A DNA stretch of 64,000 nucleotides. Source: Alphaproteobacteria bacterium. GTDB lineage: Bacteria; Pseudomonadota; Alphaproteobacteria; GCA-2746255. Position 1 is the first letter of the stretch. Each line of letters begins with the position of its first letter. The position numbers and the translations under genes are program-made. Where the stretch lies: the NCBI GenBank assembly GCA_965249135.1, contig OZ252220.1, positions 1,920,001 through 1,984,000 of the forward strand, in the 5' to 3' direction. This document shows, one piece after another, positions 29,528 to 40,806 of this stretch. The notes beneath the pieces were generated by a model that saw nothing but the letters and a program-made list of their open reading frames with translations, was not told the DNA's origin and did no database searches.

Positions 29528-30421
29528 TTAAACCATCCGGGCAAGTTTCCGAAGGACCGTAATCCGGGCGGCTCCCATCGCGATGAGGGCCGTCGCCACC
29601 GGTAGGGCTGCGATGGCAACCCAGTGCTGGCTCGTTAAGGAAAGGCCCGCGAGCATTTCGATGTCCAGCCGTCCAACCAACATTCCCGCAGCCATGAGCA
29701 GGACGACGGCCAGTGCCGTTCCCAAGATCCCGCCATGAAAGCCGAGGCGCATCGCGTGGGCTTGAAACTGATTGGCGATATAGCTGTCCCGTGCGCCAAA
29801 CGTGTGAAGAAGAGCGATGGTGTCTTGATGCATTGCAAGCCCGGTGCGAGTTGCGAAGGTGATCATCGTCACGGTGGCAAGCCCAATCAGCAACACAATC
29901 CCTGAAGCGACAACTTTGACGGAGCTGGCAAAGGTAATCAGCCGTTCCAGCCACAACTTATGATCGTCCAGCGAAACGCCCGGCACCTCCGCCGTCAGCC
30001 GTGCCTCGAGCTCTACCAGATTCATCCGTTGTGCCGTATCCAAGGTGACATCGATCAGCTTCGGCAAGGGGAGCTCCTGAAGGATTTTACCACTGCCGAG
30101 CCAGGGTTCGAGCAACCCTGCGATCTCGGCATCCGTCAGGGCTTCCGCACGAAGGACTCCCGGCGTGCTCTGCAGAATCTCCAGAGTCCTCGCAAGATGG
30201 TCTCCAAAGGTGCCGGGTAGCGGATTGTCTGGGCCCGGAGGCAATAGTTGCACGGTTACGGTTCCGGAAAGGCCTTGATCCCATCGTTCGAGCGCCGCTC
30301 CAAGAGAAAGAACGCCACCCAATGCCAGGCCGGCCAGGAAAACCATCAGGGCAATAATCCAAGGCAGGGTTCGCGCCGATGGATCGCGATGCAGTTGCAG
30401 CTCAACGGGTCTTGAAAACAT
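29528..30421 (-). CDS. ftsX: Cell division permease FtsX
   Basis: 4-TM topology, LLEPWLG, GARDSYIA; follows ftsE. Confidence 0.88.
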   Translation of the reverse strand: MFSRPVELQLHRDPSARTLPWIIALMVFLAGLALGGVLSLGAALERWDQGLSGTVTVQLLPPGPDNPLPGTFGDHLARTLEILQSTPGVLRAEALTDAEIAGLLEPWLGSGKILQELPLPKLIDVTLDTAQRMNLVELEARLTAEVPGVSLDDHKLWLERLITFASSVKVVASGIVLLIGLATVTMITFATRTGLAMHQDTIALLHTFGARDSYIANQFQAHAMRLGFHGGILGTALAVVLLMAAGMLVGRLDIEMLAGLSLTSQHWVAIAALPVATALIAMGAARITVLRKLARMV

Positions 30422-31165
30422 TCAGGCTATTTCCCGCGCGTCGCTCTTCGTCTGCACCACGGCGGCCTGGGTGCGAGGCGTCAGTTCACCATCTTCAAGA
30501 TGGAGTTGCGGATACTGGAAACGTCCCACTAGGGCTTCATTGTGGGTGGCGATAACAACCGTCGTGCCGATTTTGTTGAGCTCTTCAAACAGGTGGAGAA
30601 TTCGCATGGCGCTTTGTTCATCTACATTGCCGGTCGGTTCGTCTGCAAGCAAAAGACTCGGTCGTGAGATAATGGCCCGGGCAATTGCGACCCTCTGTTT
30701 CTGGCCTCCCGATAGCGTAGGGGGCCTGGCGTCTATTTGATCGGTAAGGCCAACCCATTTGAGCAACTCTGCAACGTGCTCGGCAGCCTGCTTCTTTTTT
30801 GTGCCGGCTAGCCGGAGCGGCAGGGCGACATTCTCCAGAGCAGAAAGGTGGTCGAGCAGTCGGAAATCCTGAAACACGATCCCGATACGGCGACGCAGTG
30901 CCGGTAAGGCGCGATGCGGCAAGGTAGTGACGTCCTGCCCGAACAGTCGTATCCAGCCTCGGGTCGGACGTTCCGCAAGGTACATCAGCTTTAAAAGAGA
31001 CGATTTCCCGGCTCCACTTGGGCCTGTGAGGAAATAAAAGGAACCGGGCGCCAGATCGAACGAAATGTTACGAAGGATCTCCTCGCCAGTGCCGTAGCGC
31101 ATGCCGACGTTCTGAAATCGCGCCAAGTGGGTTGTATTCACGCTCCTTCTATCTCCAAAAGACAA
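30422..31165 (-). CDS. ftsE: Cell division ATP-binding protein FtsE (start uncertain)
   Basis: GPSGAGKS, VFQDFRLL, LSGGQ, ADEPTGNVD. Confidence 0.92.
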   Translation of the reverse strand: MSFGDRRSVNTTHLARFQNVGMRYGTGEEILRNISFDLAPGSFYFLTGPSGAGKSSLLKLMYLAERPTRGWIRLFGQDVTTLPHRALPALRRRIGIVFQDFRLLDHLSALENVALPLRLAGTKKKQAAEHVAELLKWVGLTDQIDARPPTLSGGQKQRVAIARAIISRPSLLLADEPTGNVDEQSAMRILHLFEELNKIGTTVVIATHNEALVGRFQYPQLHLEDGELTPRTQAAVVQTKSDAREIA

Positions 31166-31290
31166 GGAAATTCAGCCTATAGAGGATCGCACAGAGGGCT
31201 TTACCGCGTCCAGCGCTCCCAACGATCCTTGCCTTTCAAACTTGCCTCTGCCTATAAAATCAGCCAGTTTTTCCGGGGGGCAGTTCTTAA

Positions 31291-31941
31291 ATGATTCTCA
31301 GCTGCAGTGCTTGTTCGACACGGTATCTCCTTGACCCGGACGTCCTTACTTCAGACGGGCGTCGAGTCCGCTGCACGAAATGTGGCCACGTCTGGCATCA
31401 AGAACCTCCAGGCGCATCGCAGATCCAGGCAGAACCGGTGCCTGCGGAGCCGCGGGCGATTCCACGGGACTCGGACCTTGGACAGGCTCGGCATGCAGCA
31501 GCTGGCGGACGGAACTTTCTAGGATGGGCAACATTGCTGCTTTTTGTTGCCGGGACAATCGTCATCGGGCTTCTTGCGCGTCAGCAGGTCGTTACGGCTT
31601 GGCCGCCGATCGAACGGCTATACATGCTCGTCGGTTTGGAGTCCGAGGTGGTTGGTACGGGACTCGAAATTCGCAACATCACGTCGGAACGCTTGCTTGA
31701 AGAAGGAGCTCAGTCGCTTGTCATCAAAGGTGAAGTAATAAACACTTCCGAGGCAGTTCGAGAAGTTCCTAATCTTTCCGGCAGGCTTCAGGATTCACAA
31801 GGCGGAACGGTTCACGAGTGGCGTTTTACGGCTACGGAAGCACGCCTTCTACCCGGCGAAATCGTTATCTTCGAGACAAGAGTTGAAAACCCTTCCTCCG
31901 AAGCCGAGGCGCTAGCCATCAGTTTTATTGGACACAACTAA
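31291..31941 (+). CDS. MJ0042-type zinc-ribbon / DUF3426 membrane protein
   Basis: CSAC...VRCTKCGHVW, one TM, Ig-like C-terminus; divergent from ftsE. Confidence 0.82.
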   Translation: MILSCSACSTRYLLDPDVLTSDGRRVRCTKCGHVWHQEPPGASQIQAEPVPAEPRAIPRDSDLGQARHAAAGGRNFLGWATLLLFVAGTIVIGLLARQQVVTAWPPIERLYMLVGLESEVVGTGLEIRNITSERLLEEGAQSLVIKGEVINTSEAVREVPNLSGRLQDSQGGTVHEWRFTATEARLLPGEIVIFETRVENPSSEAEALAISFIGHN

Positions 31942-31989
31942 ATACCACCTTCGTAATTTCTTTCAACGCTTCTAGTAACGATTAAGAAA

Positions 31990-32358
31990 ATGGCGCATGT
32001 GTTAGTGGCCGAAGATGAAGAGTCCGTTCGGCAATTCGTTGCCCGTGCGCTAACGCATAGCGGTCATGAAGTCACCGCTGTTGAGAATGGCCTGCTTGCC
32101 CTTGATATGCTGTCTGCGGAATCCTATGATCTTCTGTTAACCGATATTGTCATGCTAGGCATGGATGGCATTGCCTTGGCATTGAAGGTCGCGAAGGAAA
32201 GCCCAAACATACCGATCGTGCTGATGACGGGCTATGCAGCTGAAAAGCAGCGCGCTCACAATCTAAACGTTTTAATTCATCACGTTATTTCGAAACCTTT
32301 TACCCTGAAAGAGATATGCGATGTCGTTAATGACGCACTGGCAGTATCCGACGAATAG
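31990..32358 (+). CDS. Single-domain response regulator (CpdR-like)
   Basis: AEDE, LLTDIVM, MTGYA, KPF. Confidence 0.85.
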   Translation: MAHVLVAEDEESVRQFVARALTHSGHEVTAVENGLLALDMLSAESYDLLLTDIVMLGMDGIALALKVAKESPNIPIVLMTGYAAEKQRAHNLNVLIHHVISKPFTLKEICDVVNDALAVSDE

Positions 32359-32438
32359 GCCTTTCCCATTACCATGACGCCTCGAGGAGGGCGGTTTCCG
32401 TAAGGGGATAGATTCAGTCGATCGAAATTAGACATCTC

Positions 32439-35400
32439 ATGAAAGACAAAAGTAAAAAAAGAACCCTTTACGGCATACTTGGTGCACTTGCCGTCGCAGT
32501 CCTGATCGCTTTCATCGTTCCAAGTTTTATTGACGCAAATCAATATAAAGATACCATTGCCGAGAAAGTTCAGGCCGCGACGGGACGCACGCTTGCAATC
32601 GAGGGCAATATCGATCTTGCGATTCTTCCGGCGCCTACCTTATCCGTTTACCAGATAAGACTGGCAAACCTTGAAGGAGCTACCAGTCCTGACATGGTGC
32701 AACTTGCCGCGCTTCGAGTGCGGATTGCGCTGTTCCCGCTTTTTGCCGGCCGCGTTCAGGTTGAAAGCATTTTGCTAATCGATCCAATCATCGAACTCGA
32801 GATACTCGCGGACGGGAGACCGAATTGGGAATTCACGTCACAAAAGGAAGAGAACGCGACTCCATCGGAGGGGGAGGCGCAAGAAAAAATTTCGGACACC
32901 GATTCACAAGCGATCCAGGCTGAACGTTTTTCAATTGAAAATGGAACCATCGTTTATCGGGATACCAAGTCAGGAACGCTTGAGCGCATCGAGCGGCTGA
33001 ATGCCGATATTCGCGCCGAATCCCTTACGGGGCCGTTCCGTGTGCAAGGAGACCTCGTTGCGCGCGGCATGCCGGTCTCGCTCAACGGCGGATCGGGTCG
33101 TTTCGTTGAGGGGCCGGGCACACCGGTCAATTTTGAGGTCGAGTTTGAAGAGGCAGATACGACGCTTGAATTTTCTGGAACCCTTTCGGCGCCCAACCCG
33201 ACCGGCGTGCTTACCGGGAAATTGACGGCAAAAAGCGAAGATTTGGCGACGTTGATTGCCGGGGTCGGCGTGGAAAACGGGAAAAAGGCTCTGCCGGGGT
33301 TTCTTGCTCAGGAATTTTCTTACGAATCGTTGATTGTCGGCTCGTCTACCGGCATCGAACTTCGCGAAATCGCGCTTACTCTTGGGGATACCATCGCCAA
33401 TGGCGGTGTAAAAGCAAAGCTGGGTAAAACCGTCGATGCTGAGATCAATGTTCAGGTTTCGAAGATCGACCTTGACCATTGGCTGGCGATGAACGCGAAA
33501 AACGTACGTGAAAAAAAAGAGAGTAAAGCAAGTACAGCGATAGAATCAGGCAAGGCAACGACCGTTACAAGTACAGCGATAGAATCAGGCAGGGCAACGG
33601 CCGTTAAAGGAAAAAACGCATTCACGCCCCCGAAGGACCTCAACCTTTCCTTCAGCTTTGCTGCCAATTCGATCATCTTTCAAGGCGCGGAGATACGTGA
33701 AGGCCGTATCCATGCATCGCTTGCGAACGGAGAGCTTGCACTCGACCAGGCAACGGTTCAACTGCCGGGAGGGGCCAGCCTTTCCCTGTTCGGTTTCGTT
33801 TCTGCCACGGAGGAAACGCCTCGTTTCGATGGAGATCTGGATTTTCATACGGAAAATCTACGAAGTCTCTTGAATTGGTTGCGGGTGGATATCGCGAGTA
33901 TACCTGCAGACCGTATGCGTAAGTTTTCGCTGAAGTCGAAGGTTATGGCCTCTCCGGAAACGGCAAGTCTAAAAAAAGTGAATCTTAAGCTCGATGAATC
34001 GCAAGTAGCCGGCGAGCTTTTGGTCGCTCTTGTTGATCGCCCAAGTTTTCGGGGCAATTTATCGATGAATCGGCTGAACCTGGATGCCTATCTCAAGGGG
34101 GAAAAGAAAAAGAAAAGATCCGATGCAAGCTCACCCTCGCAATCTTCCGGTAGAGACGGAAAGGGAGAGAAAAATGCCTCGGAAGGCTTAGATGTGCTGA
34201 ATAGTTTCGATGCGGATCTCAGCTTTAAACTCGATCGGCTTACCTTTCAGAAGCAAACAATTTCCGGCATTCGATTCGATGGCGCCCTTAACAAGGGGAA
34301 ACTTTCAGTCCGAGAAGCAAGCATTCTGGATCTTTCGGGGTCCAGCCTGAAAGCGTCCGGGGTCGCGAGCGAATTTACCGACACACCCAAGCTCGATGCC
34401 CAATTCAGCCTGCGCTCAAAGGACGTGGGCCAACTGCTTCGCCTTGCTGCCGGCGCCTCGCCATCGCCAACGCTTACCAAGCTGGGTGCGACGACCCTGA
34501 ATGTGCGACTGGTTGGCGGCCTCGATCGCTTGGATCTTCGGGCCGAGCTTAGCGCGGCAAAAGGCGCCGTTCGTGCAGATGGGGAAATCGGAAATCTACC
34601 CGATGCACCTAATTTCAACCTTCGTGTTACGGCGGAACATCCGAACCTCGCTTCTCTTTTACAGACGTTCGATTATCGACCACAATCGTCGAGACTGGGG
34701 GGACTTAATCTCCAGACCCAACTGAAGGGAACGAACACCGCCTTCGACCTTTCAAAACTAGATGGTCGCATTGGTCCGGTTAAGTTGACCGGTAACCTTG
34801 GGGTGAAGCTGGAGGGAGCACACCCTGCTATCACAGCCAAGTTCGATACAGGTGAAATTCCTCTGCATCGCTTCCTTCCTGCCGGTAAGGATTCGAAACC
34901 TAGCGCTGCTCGGCAGAAAGGACAGCCTGCCTCAGGCCGCAGTAGTGGGGGCAATGAACGCTGGTCGAAGGAAGCACTCGATCTTTCAGGCCTTCGGCTC
35001 GTCGATGCAAAAGTCGACCTATCGGTGGCGGCGCTTATTTACGATAACGTTCGGGTCGAACGCCCTCGGCTGACGATTGCCTTGAAGAACGGCATTCTCG
35101 AGCTTAGCAAGCTTTCGGGAGGTCTTTTTGGCGGTTCCTTCGATGCGAAGGCACGGGTTATAGATAGCACGCCTGCGGTGTTAGGCGGCACGCTTACGGT
35201 GCGGAATGCGAATATCCGAAAGGCTCTTTTCGCTTCTTCCGGGTTCGATCTGGGCGATGGAAATCTGGATTTTGACCTAAAGCTCAATGCCTCGGGGAAT
35301 AGTCCCCATGAGCTCATTGCCGCCCTCAATGGGAATGCAAACGTCCTTGTCAAAGATGGGGTGGCGAGGGGTTTCGATCTCGACGCGGTCAGTGCGCGAT

Positions 35401-35873
35401 TGAAGAAGTTGGATAGCCCCGAAGCCTTCCTTGGCGTTCTAGATACGGCTCTCTCAGGGGGTGAGACGCGGTTTCAGGATCTCCGCGGCGCCATCCGTGT
35501 CACCAAGGGGGTTGCGCAAATGGAAAATATGCGCATGCAAGCGCAGTCGGGTAGCGCCGACATCTCCGGCAACGTAGACTTTCCTCGTTGGCACATGGAC
35601 CTAAGGACCGACTTCCGTCTTGCTTCCGAACCGGAAGCGCCGGTCTTTGCGATGCTCTTCACGGGCCCCCTTGATAACCCCCGCCGTCGTTTCGACACGA
35701 AACAGTTTCAGCGCCACCTTATCAAAAAAGGAATCGGTAGCCTGCTGAAGAAAGTGCTGCCGTTAAAGATCCCTGAAAGCGGAGCCCCCGCGGAAAAAGA
35801 AGGTGAAAAAACTTCCCCTATACCGGAGCCGGAAAAAATCATTCAAGATATCCTCAAAGGGTTTGGCCTTTAA
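32439..35873 (+). CDS. AsmA family protein
   Basis: N-terminal TM, YKDTIAEKVQAATGR, repeated beta-groove segments, AsmA-like C-terminus. Confidence 0.88.
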   Translation: MKDKSKKRTLYGILGALAVAVLIAFIVPSFIDANQYKDTIAEKVQAATGRTLAIEGNIDLAILPAPTLSVYQIRLANLEGATSPDMVQLAALRVRIALFPLFAGRVQVESILLIDPIIELEILADGRPNWEFTSQKEENATPSEGEAQEKISDTDSQAIQAERFSIENGTIVYRDTKSGTLERIERLNADIRAESLTGPFRVQGDLVARGMPVSLNGGSGRFVEGPGTPVNFEVEFEEADTTLEFSGTLSAPNPTGVLTGKLTAKSEDLATLIAGVGVENGKKALPGFLAQEFSYESLIVGSSTGIELREIALTLGDTIANGGVKAKLGKTVDAEINVQVSKIDLDHWLAMNAKNVREKKESKASTAIESGKATTVTSTAIESGRATAVKGKNAFTPPKDLNLSFSFAANSIIFQGAEIREGRIHASLANGELALDQATVQLPGGASLSLFGFVSATEETPRFDGDLDFHTENLRSLLNWLRVDIASIPADRMRKFSLKSKVMASPETASLKKVNLKLDESQVAGELLVALVDRPSFRGNLSMNRLNLDAYLKGEKKKKRSDASSPSQSSGRDGKGEKNASEGLDVLNSFDADLSFKLDRLTFQKQTISGIRFDGALNKGKLSVREASILDLSGSSLKASGVASEFTDTPKLDAQFSLRSKDVGQLLRLAAGASPSPTLTKLGATTLNVRLVGGLDRLDLRAELSAAKGAVRADGEIGNLPDAPNFNLRVTAEHPNLASLLQTFDYRPQSSRLGGLNLQTQLKGTNTAFDLSKLDGRIGPVKLTGNLGVKLEGAHPAITAKFDTGEIPLHRFLPAGKDSKPSAARQKGQPASGRSSGGNERWSKEALDLSGLRLVDAKVDLSVAALIYDNVRVERPRLTIALKNGILELSKLSGGLFGGSFDAKARVIDSTPAVLGGTLTVRNANIRKALFASSGFDLGDGNLDFDLKLNASGNSPHELIAALNGNANVLVKDGVARGFDLDAVSARLKKLDSPEAFLGVLDTALSGGETRFQDLRGAIRVTKGVAQMENMRMQAQSGSADISGNVDFPRWHMDLRTDFRLASEPEAPVFAMLFTGPLDNPRRRFDTKQFQRHLIKKGIGSLLKKVLPLKIPESGAPAEKEGEKTSPIPEPEKIIQDILKGFGL
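33529..33606 (+). repeat. 39-bp in-frame tandem duplication in the AsmA gene
   Basis: Encodes STAIESGKATTVT / STAIESGRATAVK; 2 mismatches between copies. Confidence 0.85.
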
Positions 35874-35878
35874 GACCA

Positions 35879-36127
35879 TTAGGCATCGCGAGATGCACGC
35901 TCGCGAAATGTTCGCAAAATGTAAACCCGGATCGCACTTGAAAGATTGTTTTGGTTTTCACGATCAATTTCCGTGACTAGGTGGTTGATCGAAACGTCGC
36001 GCTTATTAGCGAGCTCGGCAAGCGCCTCCCAGAAAGTCTCCTCAAGCGAGACGCTTGTCCGGTGGGCCGATACGATCACGGATCGCTTGCGGATTCGATC
36101 CGGTATGGGAGCTTCCGAAGACATCAT
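35879..36127 (-). CDS. Ribbon-helix-helix domain protein
   Basis: KRSVIVSAHRTSVSLEETFW...NLSSAIRV. Confidence 0.85.
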   Translation of the reverse strand: MMSSEAPIPDRIRKRSVIVSAHRTSVSLEETFWEALAELANKRDVSINHLVTEIDRENQNNLSSAIRVYILRTFRERASRDA

Positions 36128-36507
36128 TTTTCTCGTGCTACCGCCTTTTGCTTCTTGTTTCCCCCCTTCTTCTGCTCCCGAGCTCGAAGCGCCACTTCGA
36201 AAGCTTTGTGAGCCCATGCACAGAGTGCGTCGCGATCCTCCATGATATCGGCGGGAACTTCGTAATAGGAGATGGTCAAGCTCCTATCTTTCTCGAAGGC
36301 GCGGATTGAGTCATGGATTCCATAGGAACGAAAATCATCCAGGTTCGAATCATCAACTTTGAAATAAAGCGTATCATCGAAAACGATGGCAAATGGGATC
36401 CCATCCAGATAAAGGCAATGACCGCCAAACATTCCCCGTTGATTGAGTGGCCCGAGCGGTCTTAACAAATCGAAGATATATTCTATAAATTCGGAATTTG
36501 TAGACAC
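36124..36507 (-). CDS. TfoX/Sxy N-terminal domain protein
   Basis: RGMFGG, LYFKVD, SYYEVP. Confidence 0.85.
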   Translation of the reverse strand: MSTNSEFIEYIFDLLRPLGPLNQRGMFGGHCLYLDGIPFAIVFDDTLYFKVDDSNLDDFRSYGIHDSIRAFEKDRSLTISYYEVPADIMEDRDALCAWAHKAFEVALRAREQKKGGNKKQKAVAREK

Positions 36508-36549
36508 CGAACGAATACCGCTTCGTTAGGATTGATCCAACATGGATTT

Positions 36550-37062
36550 CTATTTCTTGCGAAAGGTATCCAGCGGGATTACATCCGCGGTTTGGTCGTC
36601 CCCCGTTTGATTCGTTGCGACTTCAGCACCTTTTCCATCCTTACCATTTAACGGAGGTTGCGAGCTTTGCTCCTCTTCTGGCAGAGGTGCTACCGATACA
36701 TCTTGGTCTTTTCCACCGCGGAATTGCAAGCCGAAGCGGACGGAAGGGTCAACTAAACTCGTAATTGCCGCAAAAGGAACGATCACTTGTTCCTGGATGT
36801 TATTGAAACTAAGCGTCACTTCGAACAACTCGTCCGCTATTCTTAAGTCCCAGAACTGATTTTGAAGAACGATAGTCATCTCATCCGGATAACGGCTTTG
36901 CAGGTGGTCAGGGATTTCAACGTCGGCCTGATCCGTCCGAAAGGAAATATAGAAGTGATGCTCCCCGGGAAGCCCCTCTTCTGCGACGCGTTGCAAAACT
37001 GTCCGTACGACGTCGCGAAGTGCGTCTTCAAACAATTGATCGTAGTCCAGCGGGTTTGTCAT
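36550..37062 (-). CDS. sspB: ClpXP adaptor SspB (alpha type)
   Basis: GLPGEHHFYISF, YPDEMTIVLQNQFW, C-terminal LDTFRKK; downstream of ssrA. Confidence 0.9.
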   Translation of the reverse strand: MTNPLDYDQLFEDALRDVVRTVLQRVAEEGLPGEHHFYISFRTDQADVEIPDHLQSRYPDEMTIVLQNQFWDLRIADELFEVTLSFNNIQEQVIVPFAAITSLVDPSVRFGLQFRGGKDQDVSVAPLPEEEQSSQPPLNGKDGKGAEVATNQTGDDQTADVIPLDTFRKK

Positions 37063-37084
37063 AGCTTGTCGATACGCCGAGTAG

Positions 37085-37377
37085 CAAAAGTGGGGGGCTT
37101 CTGTTGCCCGGTGCCCCCCGGACCGCGCTTGCTTAATGCTTAAGCAGCGAGTGCATAACGATTGTTATCGTTGGCACTTTCAAAATGACCCGATAACGGC
37201 GGTATCATACCGGGAAAAAGTTAAGCCTTTACCACGTGCGTCGATCCTGGTTCGCCCCCGTGAATTCTCTTTCCCTAACCAAAAAAAAAGCAAATTTGGT
37301 GGAGGCGCCGGGCACTGCCCCCGGGTCCGCTACGATTATTCCACTTAACGTTTATTTCCATAGCCGGAAGTCCGACA
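37085..37377 (-). ncRNA. ssrA: Two-piece (permuted) tmRNA
   Basis: Acceptor piece ends ...GCCTCCACCA at 37297; coding piece starts GGGGGCGAACCAGGATCGAC at 37259; tag ANDNNRYALAA* at 37175-37140. Outer ends approximate. Confidence 0.93.
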
Positions 37378-37496
37378 CTTCCTAATATAGGCACTTCGAA
37401 GGGGCATGGAAAGGCTAGCCGGTACGCGGATTGCCACTTAGTGGGGCGCTGGCGCTGGCCAGGACCAAGCGCTAAAGTGCCCGACCGGACGAACGC

Positions 37497-38447
37497 GTGG
37501 ACCGCCTAATGCCGCTTACCCCCGAACAGCTCAAGGAAGTCGAGGACCTTCGCGCGAGCCGGCAATCAACTTGTCGTACGACCGTTCCTGAACTCGAAGA
37601 GATTCTTTACCAACCGATTCCTCTGCTTGATCACGGCTTTGTCCGTGTCATCGACTACATGGGAGACGATGGCGCGATTGTGCAAGCTGCCCGCGTCTCC
37701 TATGGGAAAGGAACGCGGAAGGTGCGTGAAGATCAGGGGCTCATTAATTATTTGATGCGTCACCGGCACACCACCCCGTTCGAGATGTGCGAGATAAAAT
37801 ACCATGTGAAACTGCCAATTTTTGTCGCTCGGCAGTGGATTCGGCATCGTACGGCCAACGTGAATGAATATTCTGCCCGCTATTCCATCTTAGATCGGGA
37901 ATTCTACATCCCGGCTCCTGAGCAGTTGGGGGCTCAATCCAAGGGCAATCGTCAGGGCCGCGGGGATGTCTTGGAAGGTGAGGAAGCCGACCGCGTTCTG
38001 AAATTGTTACGTGAAGATTCGGAACGTGCTTACGAGCATTACACGGAGATGCTCAATGCGGACGAGGAAGGAAATATTCTTGATCCGAACCATTCGGGAC
38101 TTGCCCGCGAACTTGCGCGGATGAATCTTTCTTTAAATTTCTATACACAGTGGTATTGGAAGACCGATCTGCACAACTTGATGCATTTCATCTCTCTTCG
38201 TGCGGATTTGCATGCCCAATACGAGATTCAAGTCTATGCGAACGTTCTTCTCGACACGTTGAGCCGATGGGTTCCGATGACGCATACGGCCTTTCTTCAG
38301 TACCGCATGAGTGGCTTCCATCTCTCGGCAGAAGCAATGCGTATCGTTCGACGGATGTTAGCGGGAGAAAAATTGACTCGTGAAGAAACGAGTTTAAGTG
38401 CTCGCGAATGGAGCGAACTAATGACGATCCTGGAACAGGACGCCTAA
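37497..38447 (+). CDS. thyX: FAD-dependent thymidylate synthase
   Basis: [18 protein letters not shown] signature. Confidence 0.95.
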   Translation: MDRLMPLTPEQLKEVEDLRASRQSTCRTTVPELEEILYQPIPLLDHGFVRVIDYMGDDGAIVQAARVSYGKGTRKVREDQGLINYLMRHRHTTPFEMCEIKYHVKLPIFVARQWIRHRTANVNEYSARYSILDREFYIPAPEQLGAQSKGNRQGRGDVLEGEEADRVLKLLREDSERAYEHYTEMLNADEEGNILDPNHSGLARELARMNLSLNFYTQWYWKTDLHNLMHFISLRADLHAQYEIQVYANVLLDTLSRWVPMTHTAFLQYRMSGFHLSAEAMRIVRRMLAGEKLTREETSLSAREWSELMTILEQDA

Positions 38448-39553
38448 TCTCCAATTTTGCTTATGCTGACACCCTGGTTTGAGGAAAGCCGCTCTTCCAG
38501 CTTGTTCCAAAGTTGCTCGGCAATGGCTCGATAAGCCTTGGTGTGTTCACCAGTGGGTTCCGCAACGGTGATAGGGGTGCCCTCATCCGCCCTCTCTCGG
38601 ATCGAAATGGCGAGTGGGATCTCGCCAAGAAAATCAACGCCAAGACGGCTGGCTTCTTGCCGTGCGCCGCCGTGGTCGAAAATCGGTGTCTTGTCTCCAC
38701 AGTGGGGGCAGGTGAAATAGCTCATGTTCTCGAGAATACCCAGGACCGGTACATGAACTTCATTGAACATGTTGATCCCCTTCCGCGCATCGAGAAGGGC
38801 GAGGTCCTGCGGGGTGGATACGATAATGGCTCCGGTAAGCGGCGCCCCCTGTGCCAGGGTCAACTGTACGTCTCCCGTGCCAGGCGGTAGATCCAGAACG
38901 AGGACGTCTAGCTCCCCCCATCGAACGTTGCGAAGCATTTGTTCGATGGCCCGCATGACGATCGGGCCCCGCCAGATGACGGGGGAGTCCGGGTCGACCA
39001 GGAATCCGATGGACATGCAGACAATGCCATGATTCTCGAGCGGAAGAATCGTCTTGCCGTCCGGGGAGTCCGGTTTGCCGGTGATTCCCATCATGCGGGG
39101 AATCGACGGGCCAAAGACGTCCGTATCCAGGATGCCGATGTGCAGGCCGTTTGCCGCAAAAGCAAGCGCTAGGTTAACGGCGGTCGTCGATTTGCCGACG
39201 CCGCCCTTGCCGGATGCCACCGCCAATAGGGTTCGCACGCCCGCAACCGGTTGAATGCCACTCGATGTTTCCGGTGGATTCTGTGGCGTTGCTTCGTCGT
39301 TGCCTGCCTCGGCAGTGAGTACGAACGTGGTCGAAACGACGCCGGGAAGAGCCTGCACGGCTTCTTCGGCGGCCTTTCGGACCGCTTCCATCTCTTCCAC
39401 GCGCTCCGGGTCAATTTCAATGACGACGGCGACATTGCCGTCCTTGTTGATGACATTCGCCACAAGCCCGCTTGTCACGATGTCCTTCCCACTGGCCGGA
39501 TCGGTGATCCTGCGAAGGGCACTCAAGATTTCTGCTTCATCCGTCGTTGCCAT
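38444..39553 (-). CDS. apbC: Mrp/ApbC Fe-S cluster carrier ATPase
   Basis: [21 protein letters not shown]. Confidence 0.9.
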   Translation of the reverse strand: MATTDEAEILSALRRITDPASGKDIVTSGLVANVINKDGNVAVVIEIDPERVEEMEAVRKAAEEAVQALPGVVSTTFVLTAEAGNDEATPQNPPETSSGIQPVAGVRTLLAVASGKGGVGKSTTAVNLALAFAANGLHIGILDTDVFGPSIPRMMGITGKPDSPDGKTILPLENHGIVCMSIGFLVDPDSPVIWRGPIVMRAIEQMLRNVRWGELDVLVLDLPPGTGDVQLTLAQGAPLTGAIIVSTPQDLALLDARKGINMFNEVHVPVLGILENMSYFTCPHCGDKTPIFDHGGARQEASRLGVDFLGEIPLAISIRERADEGTPITVAEPTGEHTKAYRAIAEQLWNKLEERLSSNQGVSISKIGD

Positions 39554-39702
39554 GCCCTGCATTCCGTGCCGCTGAGAGACGATTGAAACCATCGAATATA
39601 GCCGGGAAAGCCGTCATTGCACGGCGACCCAAGCTGTCATATAAGGCTATAGGAATGCCTTGGGCAAGGTAGGGCCTTCCCTAAGCCACGGAGAAACTTG
39701 CA

Positions 39703-40806
39703 ATGCCTTGGACCAGTCAGGGAGGGAATGGGGGGCAGGGCGGCCCTTGGGGCCGTGGGCCCGGTGGACCGCGTCCGCCGGATGTTGAGGACCTTCTCCG
39801 CCAAGGCCAGGATCGTTTTCGAAGCTTTTTTCCGGGCGGTGGCGGCCGCGGCCTTCTTCTTGTCTTTCTTGTCCTTTTCGCGATTTGGCTCGCCAGCGGA
39901 TTCTACCGGGTGCTCCCGGACGAGCAGGGCGTCGTGCTTCGTTTTGGTGCATGGATCAAGCCGACAATGCCACCGGGGCTTCATTACCATTTGCCCTATC
40001 CAATCGAGCAGGTCAAAACGCCGAAGGTGACGCGCGTCAACCGTGTCGAAGTGGGTTTTCGTTCCTCTTCCGAATTTGGGAACGCAGGCGCCTTGCGGGA
40101 AGTTCCCGAGGAAGGCCTGATGCTGACGGGGGACGAAAACATCGTCAGCGTCAACTCCACCACCTTCTGGATAATCAACGATGCCGGCAAGTACCTCTTC
40201 AACATTCGCAGTCCCGCCGAAACCGTGAAAGCCGCCTTCGAGAGCGCGCAGCGCGAAATCGTTGGGCAGAAGCCAATTGCGCGGGCGTTTGCGGAAGGAC
40301 GCCAGCAGATCGAGCAGGAGACGCACACCCTCCTCCAGAAGATTCTGGACTACTACAATGCCGGTATTGAGATTACGCAGGTCCAATTGCAGAAGGTCGA
40401 CCCACCTTCGGAAGTGATCGATGCCTTCCGCGATGTCCAGCGTGCCCGTGCCGATCTAGAACGGATGCGCAACGAAGCGGAAGCCTACCGGAATGACATC
40501 ATTCCGAGGGCACGGGGTCTAGCGGAAAGAAACATTCAGGAGGCGGAGGCCCATAAACAGGAGATCGTAGCCCGCGCGCAAGGGGACGCAAATCGCTTCC
40601 TTGCAGTCTACAAAGAATACCGGGAAGCAGAAAAAATCACGGAACTGCGGCTTTATCTGGAAACGATGGAAGAGATTTTCCGTAACGCCGAGAAGGTCAT
40701 CATCGATTCGGATGCGTCAGGCGGAGCTGGAGTCGTACCCTACCTTCCGTTGCCTGAAATTCAGAAACGAATCAAAAAACAAGATGACGAGGAGGCCGGA
40801 GAATAA
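39703..40806 (+). CDS. hflK: FtsH modulator HflK
   Basis: MPW Gly-rich N-terminus, MLTGDENIV, SPFH domain. Confidence 0.93.
   Translation: MPWTSQGGNGGQGGPWGRGPGGPRPPDVEDLLRQGQDRFRSFFPGGGGRGLLLVFLVLFAIWLASGFYRVLPDEQGVVLRFGAWIKPTMPPGLHYHLPYPIEQVKTPKVTRVNRVEVGFRSSSEFGNAGALREVPEEGLMLTGDENIVSVNSTTFWIINDAGKYLFNIRSPAETVKAAFESAQREIVGQKPIARAFAEGRQQIEQETHTLLQKILDYYNAGIEITQVQLQKVDPPSEVIDAFRDVQRARADLERMRNEAEAYRNDIIPRARGLAERNIQEAEAHKQEIVARAQGDANRFLAVYKEYREAEKITELRLYLETMEEIFRNAEKVIIDSDASGGAGVVPYLPLPEIQKRIKKQDDEEAGE

Noticed and set aside
33529-33606. 39-bp duplication in the AsmA gene as a functional element
   Set aside because: In-frame expansion of a low-complexity linker; probably neutral.
37085-37377. 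Circularly permuted two-piece tmRNA next to sspB and thyX
   Set aside because: Striking but the well-known normal state in Alphaproteobacteria; listed as a feature only.
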